A stretch of DNA of 64,000 bases. Source: Patescibacteria group bacterium (GTDB taxonomy: Bacteria > Patescibacteriota > Microgenomatia > Levybacterales > UBA12049). The DNA lies in the NCBI GenBank assembly GCA_026004395.1, contig BPJB01000001.1:15543-79542 (forward strand), written 5' to 3'. Below the pieces are notes generated by a model. It searched no databases and was not told where the DNA came from. It was given only the letters and a program-made list of their open reading frames with translations. Shown here one piece after another: positions 39,498-51,018 of the stretch. Both the position numbers and the translations under genes were made by a program. The first letter of the stretch is position 1. Every line of letters begins with the position of its first letter.

Positions 39498-41272
39498 ATG
39501 GCTGCAATGGACCAGGTCAATCAGATTAGAGACAAGATAGATCTTGTATCCTTTATTCAAGAAACAGTCCCTCTTAAAAAAGCAGGCAAGAATTTCAAAG
39601 GTCTTTGTCCATTTCATAATGAAAAGACTCCATCATTTATGGTTTCTCCTGAAAAACAAGTGTGGCATTGTTTTGGTTGTAACGCAGGAGGAGATATATA
39701 TACCTTTCTTATGCAGTATGAGCGTATTGATTTCCCGGAGGCACTGCGTATTCTAGCAAAACGAGCTGGTATTGAATTAATTCAGACAAATTATGATTCT
39801 GGACTTTCATCAAAAAAGGAAAGACTCTACTCTCTTAACTCTCTGGCGGCAGAATATTATCATTATCTTCTGACAAAACATGCTGTTGGAGAAAAAGCAA
39901 GGCTTTATCTTAAAGAAAGAGGTTTAAATGAGAAGATAATTGAGACATTTCAATTAGGGTTTGCTCCATCTATTGGCAATGGTCTCTCTCGCTATCTTCT
40001 TGAGAAGAAAAAATACGAGAAAGAAGAATTGATTGATGCAGGACTTGCGTTTAATCGTGGTAGAGATGTGGTAGATTTTTTCCGAGGAAGGATTATGTTT
40101 CCGCTTATTGATCATCGAGATAATGTAGTAGGTTTTTCCGGAAGAATTCTTGATAATACGAAGTCAACTTCAAAATATATTAATACGCGCGAGACTCTTG
40201 TTTATCATAAAGGAGAACATTTTTACGGACTAAATGTCACCAAAGAATTTATTCGCAAAACAGGTCAGGCAATTTTAGTTGAGGGAGAATTTGATGTCAT
40301 TTCATCATTTCAGGAAGGTATTACCAATGTTGTTGCTGTCAAGGGAACTGCTCTTACACAGCAGCAGATTAATCTCATTGGAAGATACGCTCAAAAGATC
40401 TCAATCTGTTTTGACAAAGATGCAGCTGGTCAGGAGGCAATTAGGCGTAGTCTTCCTCTTATTGAGAGTAAGGGTCTTCGTGTAACAGTTGTTGTTATTC
40501 AAGATGGAAAAGATCCTGATGAGGCAGTTAGGAAAAATCCCGCTAGGATTTAAAATGGCTATCCGTAAAGATATGGGAGTTTACGACTATCTTTTTGAAC
40601 AAGCAAGAGCTCGTTTTGATGCCACAACGATTGAGGGGAAAAAGGAGATTGCGGATGAGTTATTACCGGTAATTTCAGGCATTACAAATGCGATTGTTAA
40701 GGAACATTATCTTCGCAAGTTAAGCTCTTTACTTAATACAAGCTATGAAAGTATTGCCAAAGAACTGGAAAAAACACAAAAAAGAACACCTATTTTACCT
40801 CAGATGCTCAAAGTACAACCAAAAAGATCCCGAGAGGAAATTTTAGAGGAATATTTAATCTCTCTTATTATTCAGTTTGATGATCCTCATTTAGCTTTAG
40901 AAAAAGCAAACACTATTCTTGCAGACGTTTTTTCCAAAGAAAAAGCGTATCAGAAGCTTTTAGATATTTTAACTAATTATTTTCAATATAATGAGAGATT
41001 TGATAGTCGGAAGTTTGAACAATTACTTACCAGAGGAGTTGCATTTTATTTACAATAAAAGTATTTTATTCCCTCTTCCAACTTTTTCTTCACCTCAAAA
41101 ATATCTCCATGAGATTGAAAAAGTTGCATGGGAGTTGAGAGATTTATCACTACGTGAAAAGATCAGAATGCTTAGTGAACAAATATCAAAGTATGAAAAA
41201 GAGGGAAAATCAGAAGAAATTGAGTCTTTGCGATCAGAATATGCCCATCTTCTCTCTCTCTTACATAAATAA
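39498..41272 (+). CDS. dnaG: DNA primase, interrupted by two frameshifts (about 40540 and 41035)
   Basis: Zinc-binding domain CPFHNEKTPSF…HCFGC; TOPRIM EGEFD…DKDAAG. The C-terminal helper region continues in ORFs 40489..41058 and 40991..41272. Confidence 0.85.
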
Positions 41273-41337
41273 TTAAATATTATTAGCATTTTTATACAAA
41301 GTATGCTACTATAATACCAAAGAAGCCCGAATTTGAG

Positions 41338-42456
41338 GTGGGCTTTATTCTGTTGGAGGTGGAGAATATGAGCAGCAAAACAAAATCCCCATCAATTTTA
41401 GACGACATTGTGGCTTCAGCTAAAAAAAGAGGTTATATAACTCAGGATGAGATTCTTGGTATTTATTCAAAGCCTGAGGAACATATTCAAGAGCTTGATG
41501 AGCTTTATGACAGGCTCATGAAGCTTGATGTTGATGTATTTGAGAGTGTATCTCAAGATCAAGATGAACAAAAGCCTATTGAAGATTTGGAGAAAGAGCT
41601 TGAGGCTCTTACTGTTCTTACAGAAGGAACGGTATCTGATCCTGTGAGAATGTATCTTAAGGAAATAGGCCGTATTCCCCTTTTGACATTTGATCAGGAA
41701 ATTGAACTGGCTAAGCGTGTTGAAAAAGGAGATGAACAGGCAAAACAAATGCTTATCAACTCCAATCTTCGTCTTGTTGTCTCCATTGCCAAAAAATACA
41801 TTGGAAGAGGACTCTCACTTCTTGATCTTATTCAGGAGGGTAATCAAGGACTTATAAGAGCTGTTGAGAAATATGATTGGAGGCGAGGTTTTAAATTCTC
41901 AACCTATGCTACCTGGTGGATTAGACAGTCTGTCACTCGTGCTATTGCTGATCAGGCTAGAACTATTCGTATTCCAGTGCATATGGTTGAGAATATCAAC
42001 AGATTTTTACGAGCTTCTCGCAAGCTTATGCAGGAGCTTGGTCGTGAACCAACACCTGAGGAGGTAGCAGCTGCTTTAGGAATAGAGCCGGAGAAGGCTT
42101 TGGAGATTATCAAGATTTCTCAGAATCCTGCATCGCTTGAGGCACCAGTTGGAGATGAGGAAGATAGTCGTCTAGGAGATTTCATACATGATGCAACAGC
42201 GCCTACCCTTTTTGATTCAGCTTCTAGAGAATTATTAAAAGAACAGGTTGATGAAGTACTTTCTACTCTATCAGATAGAGAAAGAAGGGTTTTAGAAGAG
42301 AGGTTTGGTCTTAAAGATGGCCGTCCAAAGACATTAGAAGAAGTTGGTCGGATGTTTGCTGTTACGCGTGAGCGCATCAGGCAGATTGAGGCAAAAGCCT
42401 TAAGAAAACTTCGCCATCCAAGTAGAGGTAATAAACTTAAAGATTATTTAGGATAA
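41338..42456 (+). CDS. rpoD: RNA polymerase primary sigma factor (RpoD/SigA)
   Basis: Regions 1.2, 2 (…[27 protein letters not shown]), 3 and 4.2. Confidence 0.93.
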   Translation: MGFILLEVENMSSKTKSPSILDDIVASAKKRGYITQDEILGIYSKPEEHIQELDELYDRLMKLDVDVFESVSQDQDEQKPIEDLEKELEALTVLTEGTVSDPVRMYLKEIGRIPLLTFDQEIELAKRVEKGDEQAKQMLINSNLRLVVSIAKKYIGRGLSLLDLIQEGNQGLIRAVEKYDWRRGFKFSTYATWWIRQSVTRAIADQARTIRIPVHMVENINRFLRASRKLMQELGREPTPEEVAAALGIEPEKALEIIKISQNPASLEAPVGDEEDSRLGDFIHDATAPTLFDSASRELLKEQVDEVLSTLSDRERRVLEERFGLKDGRPKTLEEVGRMFAVTRERIRQIEAKALRKLRHPSRGNKLKDYLG

Positions 42457-43134
42457 TATTGTTTCCTCAATGCTTTTTTTCCATTTTTTAACATACAGAA
42501 GATACGGAATAATACCTAAAAAATTAGCAACTGCCGCAATGATAAAAAGTGTAGTAAAACCATAAACCCGTGCAATAAATCCACCTATTACTGCAGCAAG
42601 AGCCATACTCAGAAAAACTGAGGCATCAAGTATTCCCCACTGTGCAGCATCTGTTGATTTATCAAGATGTGATGAAAAAAGGGAATTTTTCGCAGGTGTA
42701 GCAATACCAATACCAAGTCCTAAAAGAGCATAAAAGATATATGTTTGTGTTAAGAGTTCTGAAAAGGCTAATCCTACATATGAAATACTAATAATTATTA
42801 TTCCTAATACAGTCATAAGAAATTTATAAGCAATACTTTTGCGTGTTAAGTATTTGCCAGTATAGAGTTCAAACAATACCCGACTCACCAAATAGATGCT
42901 ATATGCTGTTGCAGCATTATCAATGGTTCCTTTTTGTATATCTGTGATAAATATTGCAACAATAGGCGCGATGAAATTCCATGCAGACCAAATGAGAGTT
43001 TCCGATATAATATATGCTCTAACGATTGAGGAAGCATGGTATTGTTTCGTAGGAATACCCTTATCAATCAGATTATCTTTTATCATTGATTTTTTATCAT
43101 ACCCAGTTTTTAAGATGATTGTAAAGAAATTCAA
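42448..43134 (-). CDS. half-size MFS-like membrane protein (6 TM)
   Basis: Six predicted TM helices; resembles the C-terminal half of an MFS transporter. Confidence 0.4.
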   Translation of the reverse strand: MNFFTIILKTGYDKKSMIKDNLIDKGIPTKQYHASSIVRAYIISETLIWSAWNFIAPIVAIFITDIQKGTIDNAATAYSIYLVSRVLFELYTGKYLTRKSIAYKFLMTVLGIIIISISYVGLAFSELLTQTYIFYALLGLGIGIATPAKNSLFSSHLDKSTDAAQWGILDASVFLSMALAAVIGGFIARVYGFTTLFIIAAVANFLGIIPYLLYVKKWKKSIEETILS

Positions 43135-43315
43135 TAAAAAGTGCTTTTTCTTTATCTTAACAGATAAAAGGTGATAAAATATACATATGCAAACTGTCTC
43201 TAAGAATATTCTATCTCACAAGCACTGTATCCCATGTGAAGGAGGTACAGATCCTCTCAAAGGAGAGAAGACTTGCTGACCTATACATCAATTCTTCCGG
43301 AGTGGATAGTAATTG

Positions 43316-43553
43316 ATGAGAGAGAAAATAGAAAAGGATTTTGTCTTCAAAGATTTCCAACAAGCTGTTGTTTTTGTCAATAAGAGTTGCCGATCTTGCA
43401 GAGACAGAAGGACATCATCCTGATATTTTCTTGCATAACTGGCGCAAGGTGAAGATTATGCTTACCACGCATGCGATTAAAGGATTATCTGAAAACGATT
43501 TTATACTCGCAGTAAAAGTGAATAACATCTATCAAAAGATGATGAATCATTAA
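43316..43553 (+). CDS. pterin-4a-carbinolamine dehydratase (PCD/DCoH), with a +1 frameshift near 43383
   Basis: ATG 43316: MREKIEKDFVFKDFQQAVVFVNK; shift; VADLAETEGHHPDIFLHNWRKVKIMLTTHAIKGLSENDFILAV. Matches the PCD signature E-G-HHP…THxxxGLSxxD. Confidence 0.7.
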
Positions 43554-43629
43554 CCTCTAGATTTCTTATTTTTAAGATGCTAAAATAACCAAACATTTAG
43601 TGAGATAAATAGATGTAGTTTTAAAGTAA

Positions 43630-43704
43630 TCCGCGGTAGCTCAATGGTAGAGCAGGAAGCTGTTAACTTCAAGGTTCTAGGTTCGAGTCCTAGCCGCGGA
43701 GCCA
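43630..43704 (+). tRNA. tRNA-Asn (anticodon GUU), CCA encoded
   Basis: UCCGCGG/CCGCGGA acceptor, D arm GCUCAAUGGUAGAGC, anticodon loop CUGUUAA, T arm CUAGG-UUCGAGU-CCUAG, then GCCA. Confidence 0.85.
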
Positions 43705-44205
43705 AATTGTATGTTCAAAGGAAGCCGCCGACCCCCGCAAGGCGAAGTGGATTTTGATTGTTTCGAGTGAGTAAAGAATTTTAGAAAGAAACCTTTTGGC
43801 AAAAAAGTTTCTTTCAATTCCTTTTGATTTTTTGAGTCTGACAAGAAAAAATTTTAGAGTGTTTGAAATGTTTTCAAAGGAAAATTTAGAGCATACCTCT
43901 GGTAGTTCGTATCCAGCCCGGCACCCCGATTGAAAATCGTTATTTAAACGAAAAACAAGATTTTCGATATAGTTTTTATCAATCGAAATGCGCTCTAAAT
44001 TTTCCAGACAAAAATTTTCCAATCTTTCAGCGGAAATTTGTTTTACCGGGCAAGTTTGCCAATCCTGTCTTAGGGTTGAAGTACAGCGATAGTAATAATA
44101 TCTTTTTAATTTTTTGCCAGTTCTTTTATTGGTAAAACAAGATGTCATTTTAGAACTGCAATTTTCGCATTGGACCAATCCACCGAACAGAAAATTTCTG
44201 TACAT
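43690..44205 (-). pseudogene. large serine recombinase, C-terminal half only (zinc beta-ribbon + coiled coil + tail); catalytic domain absent
   Basis: FLFGGLVQCENCSSKMTSCFTNKRTGKKLKRYYYYRC…CPV matches the recombinase zinc-ribbon domain. No resolvase N-terminus. Its 3' end overlaps the tRNA-Asn 3' end. Confidence 0.65.
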
Positions 44206-44270
44206 AACCTAAGCGAAGAAGATTTAGTAAAGCTCACACACAGAACTGCTTTGCGCATACCACCATTTGT

Positions 44271-44630
44271 TTAGCTTGCATCGTCTATAGTTCTGGCGCG
44301 AAAGTTGATTATTTTTTTGAGTAGGCTAGGGGGGATCGGTTTGTCAGCAGTAAACTGCAGGGTACCTTTTGAACTCCGATACTTAACCAACTTTGGTCCG
44401 ACCGCATTGATCATTTCGTCGGAGGCTGGATATATGCTCATATGTTTGCTATGGGCAGCATAGTATATCAAAATCTTTTTGTGGTATTTGAAAGCGGGTA
44501 TACCATAGCTTATAATTTCCTCTACTTCTGGAAGCTGAGATTTTACTAAATTCCGAATCTTGATTAGCTCATCGCGATGTGACTCTGGCAAATCCTGTAA
44601 GTAGCCATCAACTGTTTGATGTTTTTTCAT
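44271..44630 (-). CDS. DUF1801 (YdhG-like) domain protein
   Basis: 119 aa; …ISYGIPAFKYHKKILIYYAAHSKHMSIYP… is typical of DUF1801. Confidence 0.7.
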   Translation of the reverse strand: MKKHQTVDGYLQDLPESHRDELIKIRNLVKSQLPEVEEIISYGIPAFKYHKKILIYYAAHSKHMSIYPASDEMINAVGPKLVKYRSSKGTLQFTADKPIPPSLLKKIINFRARTIDDAS

Positions 44631-44668
44631 AACCCAATTATATCAAATAGTAGCGATGCTGTATAGAT

Positions 44669-44812
44669 ATGACTAAAGAGGAGGTACTAGGTGGTACAGT
44701 GCACGAGCTGCCCACCGACCTGCGCAAAGCCTTGGCTGCCAATAAGGCGGTCTTAGCTAAATGGCAGAGCCTTACACCCCTGGCCCGCAACGAGTGGATT
44801 TGAGCTTTTAGT
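44669..44812 (+). pseudogene. YdeI/OmpD-associated-family N-terminal fragment inside a GC-rich (~58% GC) foreign segment
   Basis: 47-aa ORF MTKEEVLGGTVHELPTDLRKALAANKAVLAKWQSLTPLARNEWI* carrying the YdeI motif; it stops where YdeI proteins continue. Local GC is far above the window mean. Confidence 0.45.
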
Positions 44813-44990
44813 CAAACGAAATTAAGGAGTTCCTTGTTGTTGCGCGCGAATGGGCAGGGTGGGTCAAACGCAACTGTATTGGCGGCGCATTTCGCAAAGC
44901 GAAATACGAAATTCGGCGGCGGAAAAGCGAGGGTGGGCAAAAATTCCTTCCCCCAACCCCCTTCCTTTTTGCCCGCCCGAGCGTAATTTA

Positions 44991-45311
44991 TCAAAAATCC
45001 GGTTGCTGATTTTCCTTGGAAAAAGTTCGGATTTCGTTCAGAGTTCGGAGCCAGAGTTGACGAGAGGCTAAATTGGCTATCTTGTCAAAGGGGTTTAGAA
45101 AGTGGTATCGGACTTTTTTACCTTCTAACTCTAAGTTCTGAAGTGTTATTTTCAAAAGTAGTCGTTTTTCGTGAACTTCAGAACTCAAAAACAAATCATA
45201 AGCCTGATTAGCAAGTGTTAAAAGGTAGTTTGCTGTTAAATAATAGTTGTCTTCAGCTTTCTTAAGATTCGCTAGTTTAGTAAAATTTTTCATTAAAAAA
45301 TGCTTTGTCAA
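44991..45311 (-). pseudogene. serine-recombinase C-terminal-tail-like remnant ORF (repeat copy 1)
   Basis: …KRLLLKITLQNLELEGKKVRYHFLNPFDKIANLASRQLW… This sequence recurs in ORF 52865..53092 and in two further loci. Confidence 0.45.
45050..45186. repeat. ~135-bp repeat family, copy 1 (3' end of a recombinase-like gene)
   Basis: Read directly. Related copies at 52986..53108, 57682..57812 and a degenerate copy at 59931..59973. Confidence 0.8.
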
Positions 45312-45377
45312 ATCAATTTGTATTGTATTATACTATAAAGAAAAATAATTAAATATCTTTAATCAAAGTATTTAATT

Positions 45378-45755
45378 ATGAAATTTACTGAAATTGATCT
45401 TAATACAATTTATTTAGCTTTAAGTATTTTCTTGGCTATTTTAAATATTTACCAATTTTTTAAAAATAGAAGCGATGTAAAAATTCTCGATGGAATCTTA
45501 ACAATGTTACATAACACTTCAGAAAGCTTAAGAAATGCGCTTTTACAAATATCACAAAATCCCGATTCATTTACTGATAAAAAGGATGTTATAAACACAG
45601 TCGGGGCTGTTTCTCAGTTAGCTTCCGGAATGGTACAAGCAATCGAAGAACAAAGGTTTTATTCTTCAAAGAAAGAAGCTAAACAGATGAGGACTAAAAA
45701 ACAAGAAGAGTTTCAGAAAAAGATGAGTAGAATTTTAAAAAGATATAAACAATGA
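45378..45755 (+). CDS. hypothetical small membrane protein
   Basis: N-terminal TM helix; K/E-rich C-terminus. Confidence 0.35.
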   Translation: MKFTEIDLNTIYLALSIFLAILNIYQFFKNRSDVKILDGILTMLHNTSESLRNALLQISQNPDSFTDKKDVINTVGAVSQLASGMVQAIEEQRFYSSKKEAKQMRTKKQEEFQKKMSRILKRYKQ

Positions 45756-45773
45756 TCTCCCTCCAATAATTGA

Positions 45774-47564
45774 TTATACCTCTTTTGTAACCAAAACTTC
45801 TTCTCCTAACATATCAATTATTTTGACTGCCACTTTGGTTGGCTTTTCACTTATTTCAAGCTCATATTCGCCTTTTACTAAATCGCTCTGTCTTTCGGGA
45901 ACATCCGAGAAACCAATCTTGAATACTTCACCGTCGTAATCCGTATCAACCAGCACTACATCGATCATCGACCTGAAATCTGGAATTTTCTTCTGCAAGA
46001 GTCCTGGTTCAAGCTCCAAGCGCTTAATGATCGTAGGGGAAATAAAGGCTAAAATTTTAATCTTTACTTTGTCTTTGCCTATCCGTTTAATTTCCACTTC
46101 TGCTTTTGATGGTTCGTAACTCACAAAGTTTTTGTCTTTCAGGTCAAAGACAATAAACTGACGCATGCGTTTCTTGCTTCTGGTATCTTTATAGGGTTGC
46201 TTTTTATTCCATTCCTCAACCCAACCGTCTACCTTTGTCTCCCTGCCCAGTGAGATGACCACTACATCTCTATCCTCGTCTGGGCGCTTATTAAGCTCAT
46301 CAACGATTAGCTGCAGGTCAAGTAGCGTTAAGGGGTGATTGAAATCTATAATTTTGACCAGCTCGCCACTATCCCGCAGACCGTCAAAGAAAGTGTCTGT
46401 TTTAGTTTTAGTAATTCCGTATTGCTGGATAGCCAATTCTTTAGCTTCAGTCTTCAAGATTCTTAAATCGTAGTTATTAACCTTGTAAATTGCGAAAGTG
46501 GGGTATTTTGTTTCTTTTTGATCTTTGATGATTTTTTGTAATCTTTTACTTGTTACTTGAATTGCTCCCTTATTAACATCAACCCCAATCCACCGCCTAC
46601 CCAATTTATGTGCTACCGCACAGGTCGTTCCCGAACCAACAAAACAGTCTAAAACTAAGTCGTTTTCGTCAGATGACCCTTTAATAACTTTCTCTAATAA
46701 AGCCTCTGGTTTTTGTGTAGCATAATTAGTTCTTTCTATGGCTTGAGAATTAATGATTGCAATTTCCCAAACATCTTCTGGAAGCCTTCCTAATGGATTA
46801 ACCTTCACAATTCTACCAAAAGAGGTTGTGCCAGATTCTGCTTGTTTTATTGTGCCTTCTTTGTAAGGAGTCCTTACTAAATCGATGTTAAATTTATAAC
46901 TGCTTTTATTCTTACAATAGAGGAGAATTGTATCATGCTTATGTAAATATTCCTTTTTAACCGAGCCTGATGGGTCTTTATAATGCCATACAATCTCATT
47001 TATAAGATTTTCTTCTCCAAATATTTCATCCATTAAAACTTTAATGTAATGAACCATCCTGTAATCCAAGTGGATATAAATACTGCCTGTTTCTGCCAGT
47101 AATTCCTTCAGCAAAATTAACCGCTCATACATAAACTGGAAGTATTCATCCCGTTTCCAAATATCTTCATACATCGTTTGTTGAATTATCGATTCACTGT
47201 CTTCTTCGATCCTGCCCAAATCTTTTAAGCCCCGCAGTTCAACTTTTCTCATGTAGTCTTTGTTGCTGGCAAACGGAGGATCGATATAAATCAGGTCAAC
47301 CTTGCCTCTGAAGCCAAGTTCCAAAAGTGTTGCTAAGACTTCTTTATTATCTCCATGAAACAGAAGATTGTGCCAATTTTTTTCAAGCTCGCTGAATTTA
47401 GGGGTTTCTGGGAATTTATCTTCCTTCTGGGGGTCAAAGACTTCAATTAGTTGTGTAGGGAAGCCTGTGACATATTCTAACGGGTGTTTATTAACCCAAT
47501 GGAGTAGAGGTCTGCCTTTTGGTGTTTCAACTTTTATTTTTTTGTTTGATTTATCATCTGTCAT
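45774..47564 (-). CDS. mod: Type III restriction-modification N6-adenine DNA methyltransferase (Mod)
   Basis: Motif IV IYIDPPF, motif [12 protein letters not shown]; 596 aa; start overlaps the res stop by 4 nt. Confidence 0.85.
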   Translation of the reverse strand: MTDDKSNKKIKVETPKGRPLLHWVNKHPLEYVTGFPTQLIEVFDPQKEDKFPETPKFSELEKNWHNLLFHGDNKEVLATLLELGFRGKVDLIYIDPPFASNKDYMRKVELRGLKDLGRIEEDSESIIQQTMYEDIWKRDEYFQFMYERLILLKELLAETGSIYIHLDYRMVHYIKVLMDEIFGEENLINEIVWHYKDPSGSVKKEYLHKHDTILLYCKNKSSYKFNIDLVRTPYKEGTIKQAESGTTSFGRIVKVNPLGRLPEDVWEIAIINSQAIERTNYATQKPEALLEKVIKGSSDENDLVLDCFVGSGTTCAVAHKLGRRWIGVDVNKGAIQVTSKRLQKIIKDQKETKYPTFAIYKVNNYDLRILKTEAKELAIQQYGITKTKTDTFFDGLRDSGELVKIIDFNHPLTLLDLQLIVDELNKRPDEDRDVVVISLGRETKVDGWVEEWNKKQPYKDTRSKKRMRQFIVFDLKDKNFVSYEPSKAEVEIKRIGKDKVKIKILAFISPTIIKRLELEPGLLQKKIPDFRSMIDVVLVDTDYDGEVFKIGFSDVPERQSDLVKGEYELEISEKPTKVAVKIIDMLGEEVLVTKEV

Positions 47565-47566
47565 AT

Positions 47567-50152
47567 TTATTTTTTGTGTTGGTAAATCCAGTTAAAAACT
47601 GGCATAACTTTACCAAATACCGACTCTCCTTCCTCTAAAAGCAGGAGTTCATACTTTATTTTATCAGGATTTATCGCTTCCAGCTCTTGCATCTCTTTTT
47701 CAGCTTCCTTAATCCTGTATTTTGGCGCTTTTACCTCCACGATTAAAGATCTACCATCTTTCTTGCGAATTAAAAAGTCGGGGGTATAACTGTGCCAGTC
47801 TCCCTTGTCGTCTTTGTATTCAAAGATTAAATCGGTTTTAGCGGGATCGTTAATTGCGCCTGTGTAATAAATGTCCTCAACATTATCGGGGTCTTCACCA
47901 AGTTTAATAAGCATACTCTCAAAAAACTCTCGTTCATACTCTGAGTCAAAATTGTAAGGGTCGTAATGAAAGCCAAAGAGCGGTAGTTGTCCAGCCTTTG
48001 CTTTGTAGTCCTTCAGCTCCAGCACATATTTCTTCAGAGAGGTTTTGTTAACCCTAATGTGGGTCACATAGGAGGTTTTGCCGTCAACAGTTTCTTCTTC
48101 AAACCCTTTCTGCTTGATAAGAGCCAGTGCTTCTTCGACTGTTTCATTGACCACTTTGTAGCGCATGGTTTGTTTTTCTATTTGGGTGCGGATAAGTTCC
48201 AGTTCAAACGCCCCAATTTCTCCGTCTGGGTATAAGTTTTGGAGCAGTTTATAAGTTTTTAGCGAGTCTAAGCGGTAAGCATGAGCCAAAACTACGGCAG
48301 CTTGGAACAGGTCGATTTTCCTGTCTGTTACCGCTCCCTTTTTAGTTCCCACTTCAACCAGCACCCCTTTTCTCTGGGCTTTGGACATGGAATAAATGGT
48401 CTTTTCAAAGGATTTGACCGTTTCTTTGCCTGGTTTATCGATTTTTAGACACTCTTGCGCTTTCAAGTCTTCTGGGACTATCTTTTGGATGAGCTTTTTG
48501 ATAAGCAAAGGCGGCAGTTCAATCTTTCTAAGAGTTACTTTAACTGTTACCGTGTCCGTAGAAACCCTGTTGAGATCATCCAACCCCTCACCAAAGGTTT
48601 CTTGCAACTGCCGATCAAGAATGGAGACATTGTCTTTTGAGAGGTAAATCTTGGCTTTTTTGGTGTTGCCATTGACTTGTCTTAAACATCGACTGGCAGC
48701 TTGCAAAACAAAGTTATTGCTTGAATTAAGTTTCCTTGCCAGAGCGGTAGCGAATAAAGATAAGCAGTTCCACCCTTCTGTGCCTTTGTTGACGAGCAGG
48801 AAGACTCGGTAGGGCAGTTTGGGATCGTTAATGCGGTTGTCAAAAAGGTCTTTAATCTCATCAGTTGACTTGTTATGCACTGGCAGTACAACTGATGGGT
48901 CAATTTTTAATGAGATGAGAGTTTGCTCAACAATAGGCTTAGCTTTTTCTAGATCATCGACCTGAGGGAAGTAGATAGCCAGCTTGGCATATTCGCCGCT
49001 CTCAATTTGAACATCTTTGTATTCTTGAAAAAAGTCTTTAACTACATCAACAATGAAATCATGATCAGATACATCGGAATAGGCAATGATGTTGCCTCTT
49101 ACTTCTTTTAAGATTCCATCCTCAATACCTTGTGATAGTCCATACCAATAAATAACATCTCGCAGAAGCTGTCTTTGGTAATAGGGTGTGCCTGTGGTGT
49201 TAACTACCGCTAAAAGATTGGTTTTCTCGGCAATGTAGTTGATTGTCTGTCTGACCCTCTTCAGGTCGCTTGCCAGCTCCTGTCCGTAGGTGTGATGGGC
49301 TTCATCTGAGAAGACTGCCAAGTGAGGGAGCGAGGTAATGGTTTGCAACCTTAAATTAGCCACCAGCTCTTTTGCTTCTTCAATTCCCAGCCTCAACTGC
49401 CCTGACAGGAAAGATTTGGGGATACTGTTCTTTTGAAGTCTTATTTTTTCAGTGTTGGTGACAATAACATTAAAGGAGCTGCCTCGGATAACGGGAATGT
49501 CTTTCTCGCCATCCCTGGTGTAGGTGAATTTAACATTGGTGATAAAAGATTTATAGAAACGAGGGGGAAGTATTTTGTCGTATGGTGTGTCAGAGATTTC
49601 TCTCAAAGCACCCAGTATGGTCTTGCCAGGTGCAAATACCAGGGCATTTTTGATAAATATGCCATCTTCTTCCTGATATTCCAAAGCCATCGCAAACTCG
49701 GTAGCGATGATGGAAGCTATAAGGATTGTCTTACCTGCTCCCATTGCCAATGCCAGGATATAACTGGGGTATGAGAGAGTGAGTGTTTCTCTTAATGCTT
49801 CAAGCCTGTATTTCTTAACAAATACATCGTTGGTTCTGACTTTATCAATAATGAGATCTAATCCACCTCCTGCTAATAAGAGATCTGTCAAATCTTCCTC
49901 TGACAAGCAGATGCCGAGTGCCTTTAATAGTTCTTTTCCTTGAAAGTATTCCTTGTAAAGATTGAAGATGTTTGGTGTGTTTTTGACTAAGCGTAAATAC
50001 CAGTAAGTTTCTAACGCCTCAAATTGTGCCTTTCTTAGAAAGTCATTCTGGTTATGCTGGAAAATGGTGGCAATAGCAGGATAAGAGGAAGGATAATCTT
50101 GCTGTCTCCAATTAGCAACATCTAATTTCAATTTTTGATAAAGATTGATCAT
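47567..50152 (-). CDS. res: Type III restriction enzyme Res subunit (SF2 helicase + PD-(D/E)xK nuclease)
   Basis: Walker [13 protein letters not shown] box FSDEAHH, C-terminal PDFLI…VEVK nuclease motif; 861 aa. Confidence 0.85.
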   Translation of the reverse strand: MINLYQKLKLDVANWRQQDYPSSYPAIATIFQHNQNDFLRKAQFEALETYWYLRLVKNTPNIFNLYKEYFQGKELLKALGICLSEEDLTDLLLAGGGLDLIIDKVRTNDVFVKKYRLEALRETLTLSYPSYILALAMGAGKTILIASIIATEFAMALEYQEEDGIFIKNALVFAPGKTILGALREISDTPYDKILPPRFYKSFITNVKFTYTRDGEKDIPVIRGSSFNVIVTNTEKIRLQKNSIPKSFLSGQLRLGIEEAKELVANLRLQTITSLPHLAVFSDEAHHTYGQELASDLKRVRQTINYIAEKTNLLAVVNTTGTPYYQRQLLRDVIYWYGLSQGIEDGILKEVRGNIIAYSDVSDHDFIVDVVKDFFQEYKDVQIESGEYAKLAIYFPQVDDLEKAKPIVEQTLISLKIDPSVVLPVHNKSTDEIKDLFDNRINDPKLPYRVFLLVNKGTEGWNCLSLFATALARKLNSSNNFVLQAASRCLRQVNGNTKKAKIYLSKDNVSILDRQLQETFGEGLDDLNRVSTDTVTVKVTLRKIELPPLLIKKLIQKIVPEDLKAQECLKIDKPGKETVKSFEKTIYSMSKAQRKGVLVEVGTKKGAVTDRKIDLFQAAVVLAHAYRLDSLKTYKLLQNLYPDGEIGAFELELIRTQIEKQTMRYKVVNETVEEALALIKQKGFEEETVDGKTSYVTHIRVNKTSLKKYVLELKDYKAKAGQLPLFGFHYDPYNFDSEYEREFFESMLIKLGEDPDNVEDIYYTGAINDPAKTDLIFEYKDDKGDWHSYTPDFLIRKKDGRSLIVEVKAPKYRIKEAEKEMQELEAINPDKIKYELLLLEEGESVFGKVMPVFNWIYQHKK

Positions 50153-50340
50153 ACCTTTTGTTTTTGTATAAACTTATCAAGTTCTGCTTTATTGATACGA
50201 TATTGTTTCCCAATTTTGAAAGCCTGGAGCTTTCTTGCTTGTACCCAACGATACACAGTAAGATATGCAACCTTTAGTATGTCTGCTACTTCTCTAATTG
50301 TATAAAATTCCTCTACTTCTCTTTTATCCATATTTAACAT
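50149..50340 (-). CDS. small HTH DNA-binding protein (excisionase/AlpA-like fold); putative controller of the R-M operon
   Basis: 63 aa; YTIREVADILKVAYLTVYRWV HTH; stop overlaps the res start by 4 nt. Confidence 0.55.
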   Translation of the reverse strand: MLNMDKREVEEFYTIREVADILKVAYLTVYRWVQARKLQAFKIGKQYRINKAELDKFIQKQKV

Positions 50341-50356
50341 TATTTAACATCTTGCC

Positions 50357-50944
50357 TTAAATTGCAAGTAATCTTAATGGTTCAAATTTGTTTATCTGTT
50401 CTCTAAGTAGTGAGAATACGCTTGGCTCGTCAGCTTGGGTAAGGCTTTTCATTTCCTTGTTAAGACTATACCAAGCAGAGCTGCCGTATCGTTTGGTCAT
50501 TTCTCTAAATTCTCTTATGCCAATTTCCTCAAGCAGAACCCTCAAGCCCAGAATTTTCAGAATAGGTATCAGCTTGATTTTAGGATTTGCAATTAAAAAA
50601 CCAGTAAAAAACTTTTTAGGGCTTTCGTATTGATAGGTTAGTAAAGGCGGGTAGGCTTCTTCAATTTCTCTGATGTAGTGAAGTAAGACCTTTTTGGCTG
50701 TGTCTTGGTTAAAGATGTTTGTAAAAGTTGGCTCAAAGTCCTTATCTATAAGTTTAAGAATTTGGCTGATTTTTTGCCGTTTATTTAGCCTTATTTCAAC
50801 TCGCAAAATCTCAAAAGGTCTTTTTTGGGTGAGAATATCAAATAAGCCTAGTTGCAGGGCGTTGTCATTTTCTTCAGGCGTCAAAACTAACCCCTTTGAT
50901 TGGAATTTGGTTTTCTTAAGCTGAATAACTTTGTCGTTTTTCAT
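50357..50944 (-). CDS. hypothetical protein
   Basis: ORF track; same strand and operon as the R-M genes. No recognisable motif. Confidence 0.4.
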   Translation of the reverse strand: MKNDKVIQLKKTKFQSKGLVLTPEENDNALQLGLFDILTQKRPFEILRVEIRLNKRQKISQILKLIDKDFEPTFTNIFNQDTAKKVLLHYIREIEEAYPPLLTYQYESPKKFFTGFLIANPKIKLIPILKILGLRVLLEEIGIREFREMTKRYGSSAWYSLNKEMKSLTQADEPSVFSLLREQINKFEPLRLLAI

Positions 50945-51018
50945 TAAGCAAAGTCTATGAAATGGGGTGTAAGCTGAAATTGTATTGCAGTTAGCTAACA
51001 GTTAGCTTATGCGAGAAG

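Noticed and set aside
44812-45071. Track ORFs 44850..45071(+) and 44812..44994(-) inside the GC-rich patch
   Set aside because: No homology-like sequence features. They overlap each other and the palindromic region, probably as open frames from a locally high GC content.
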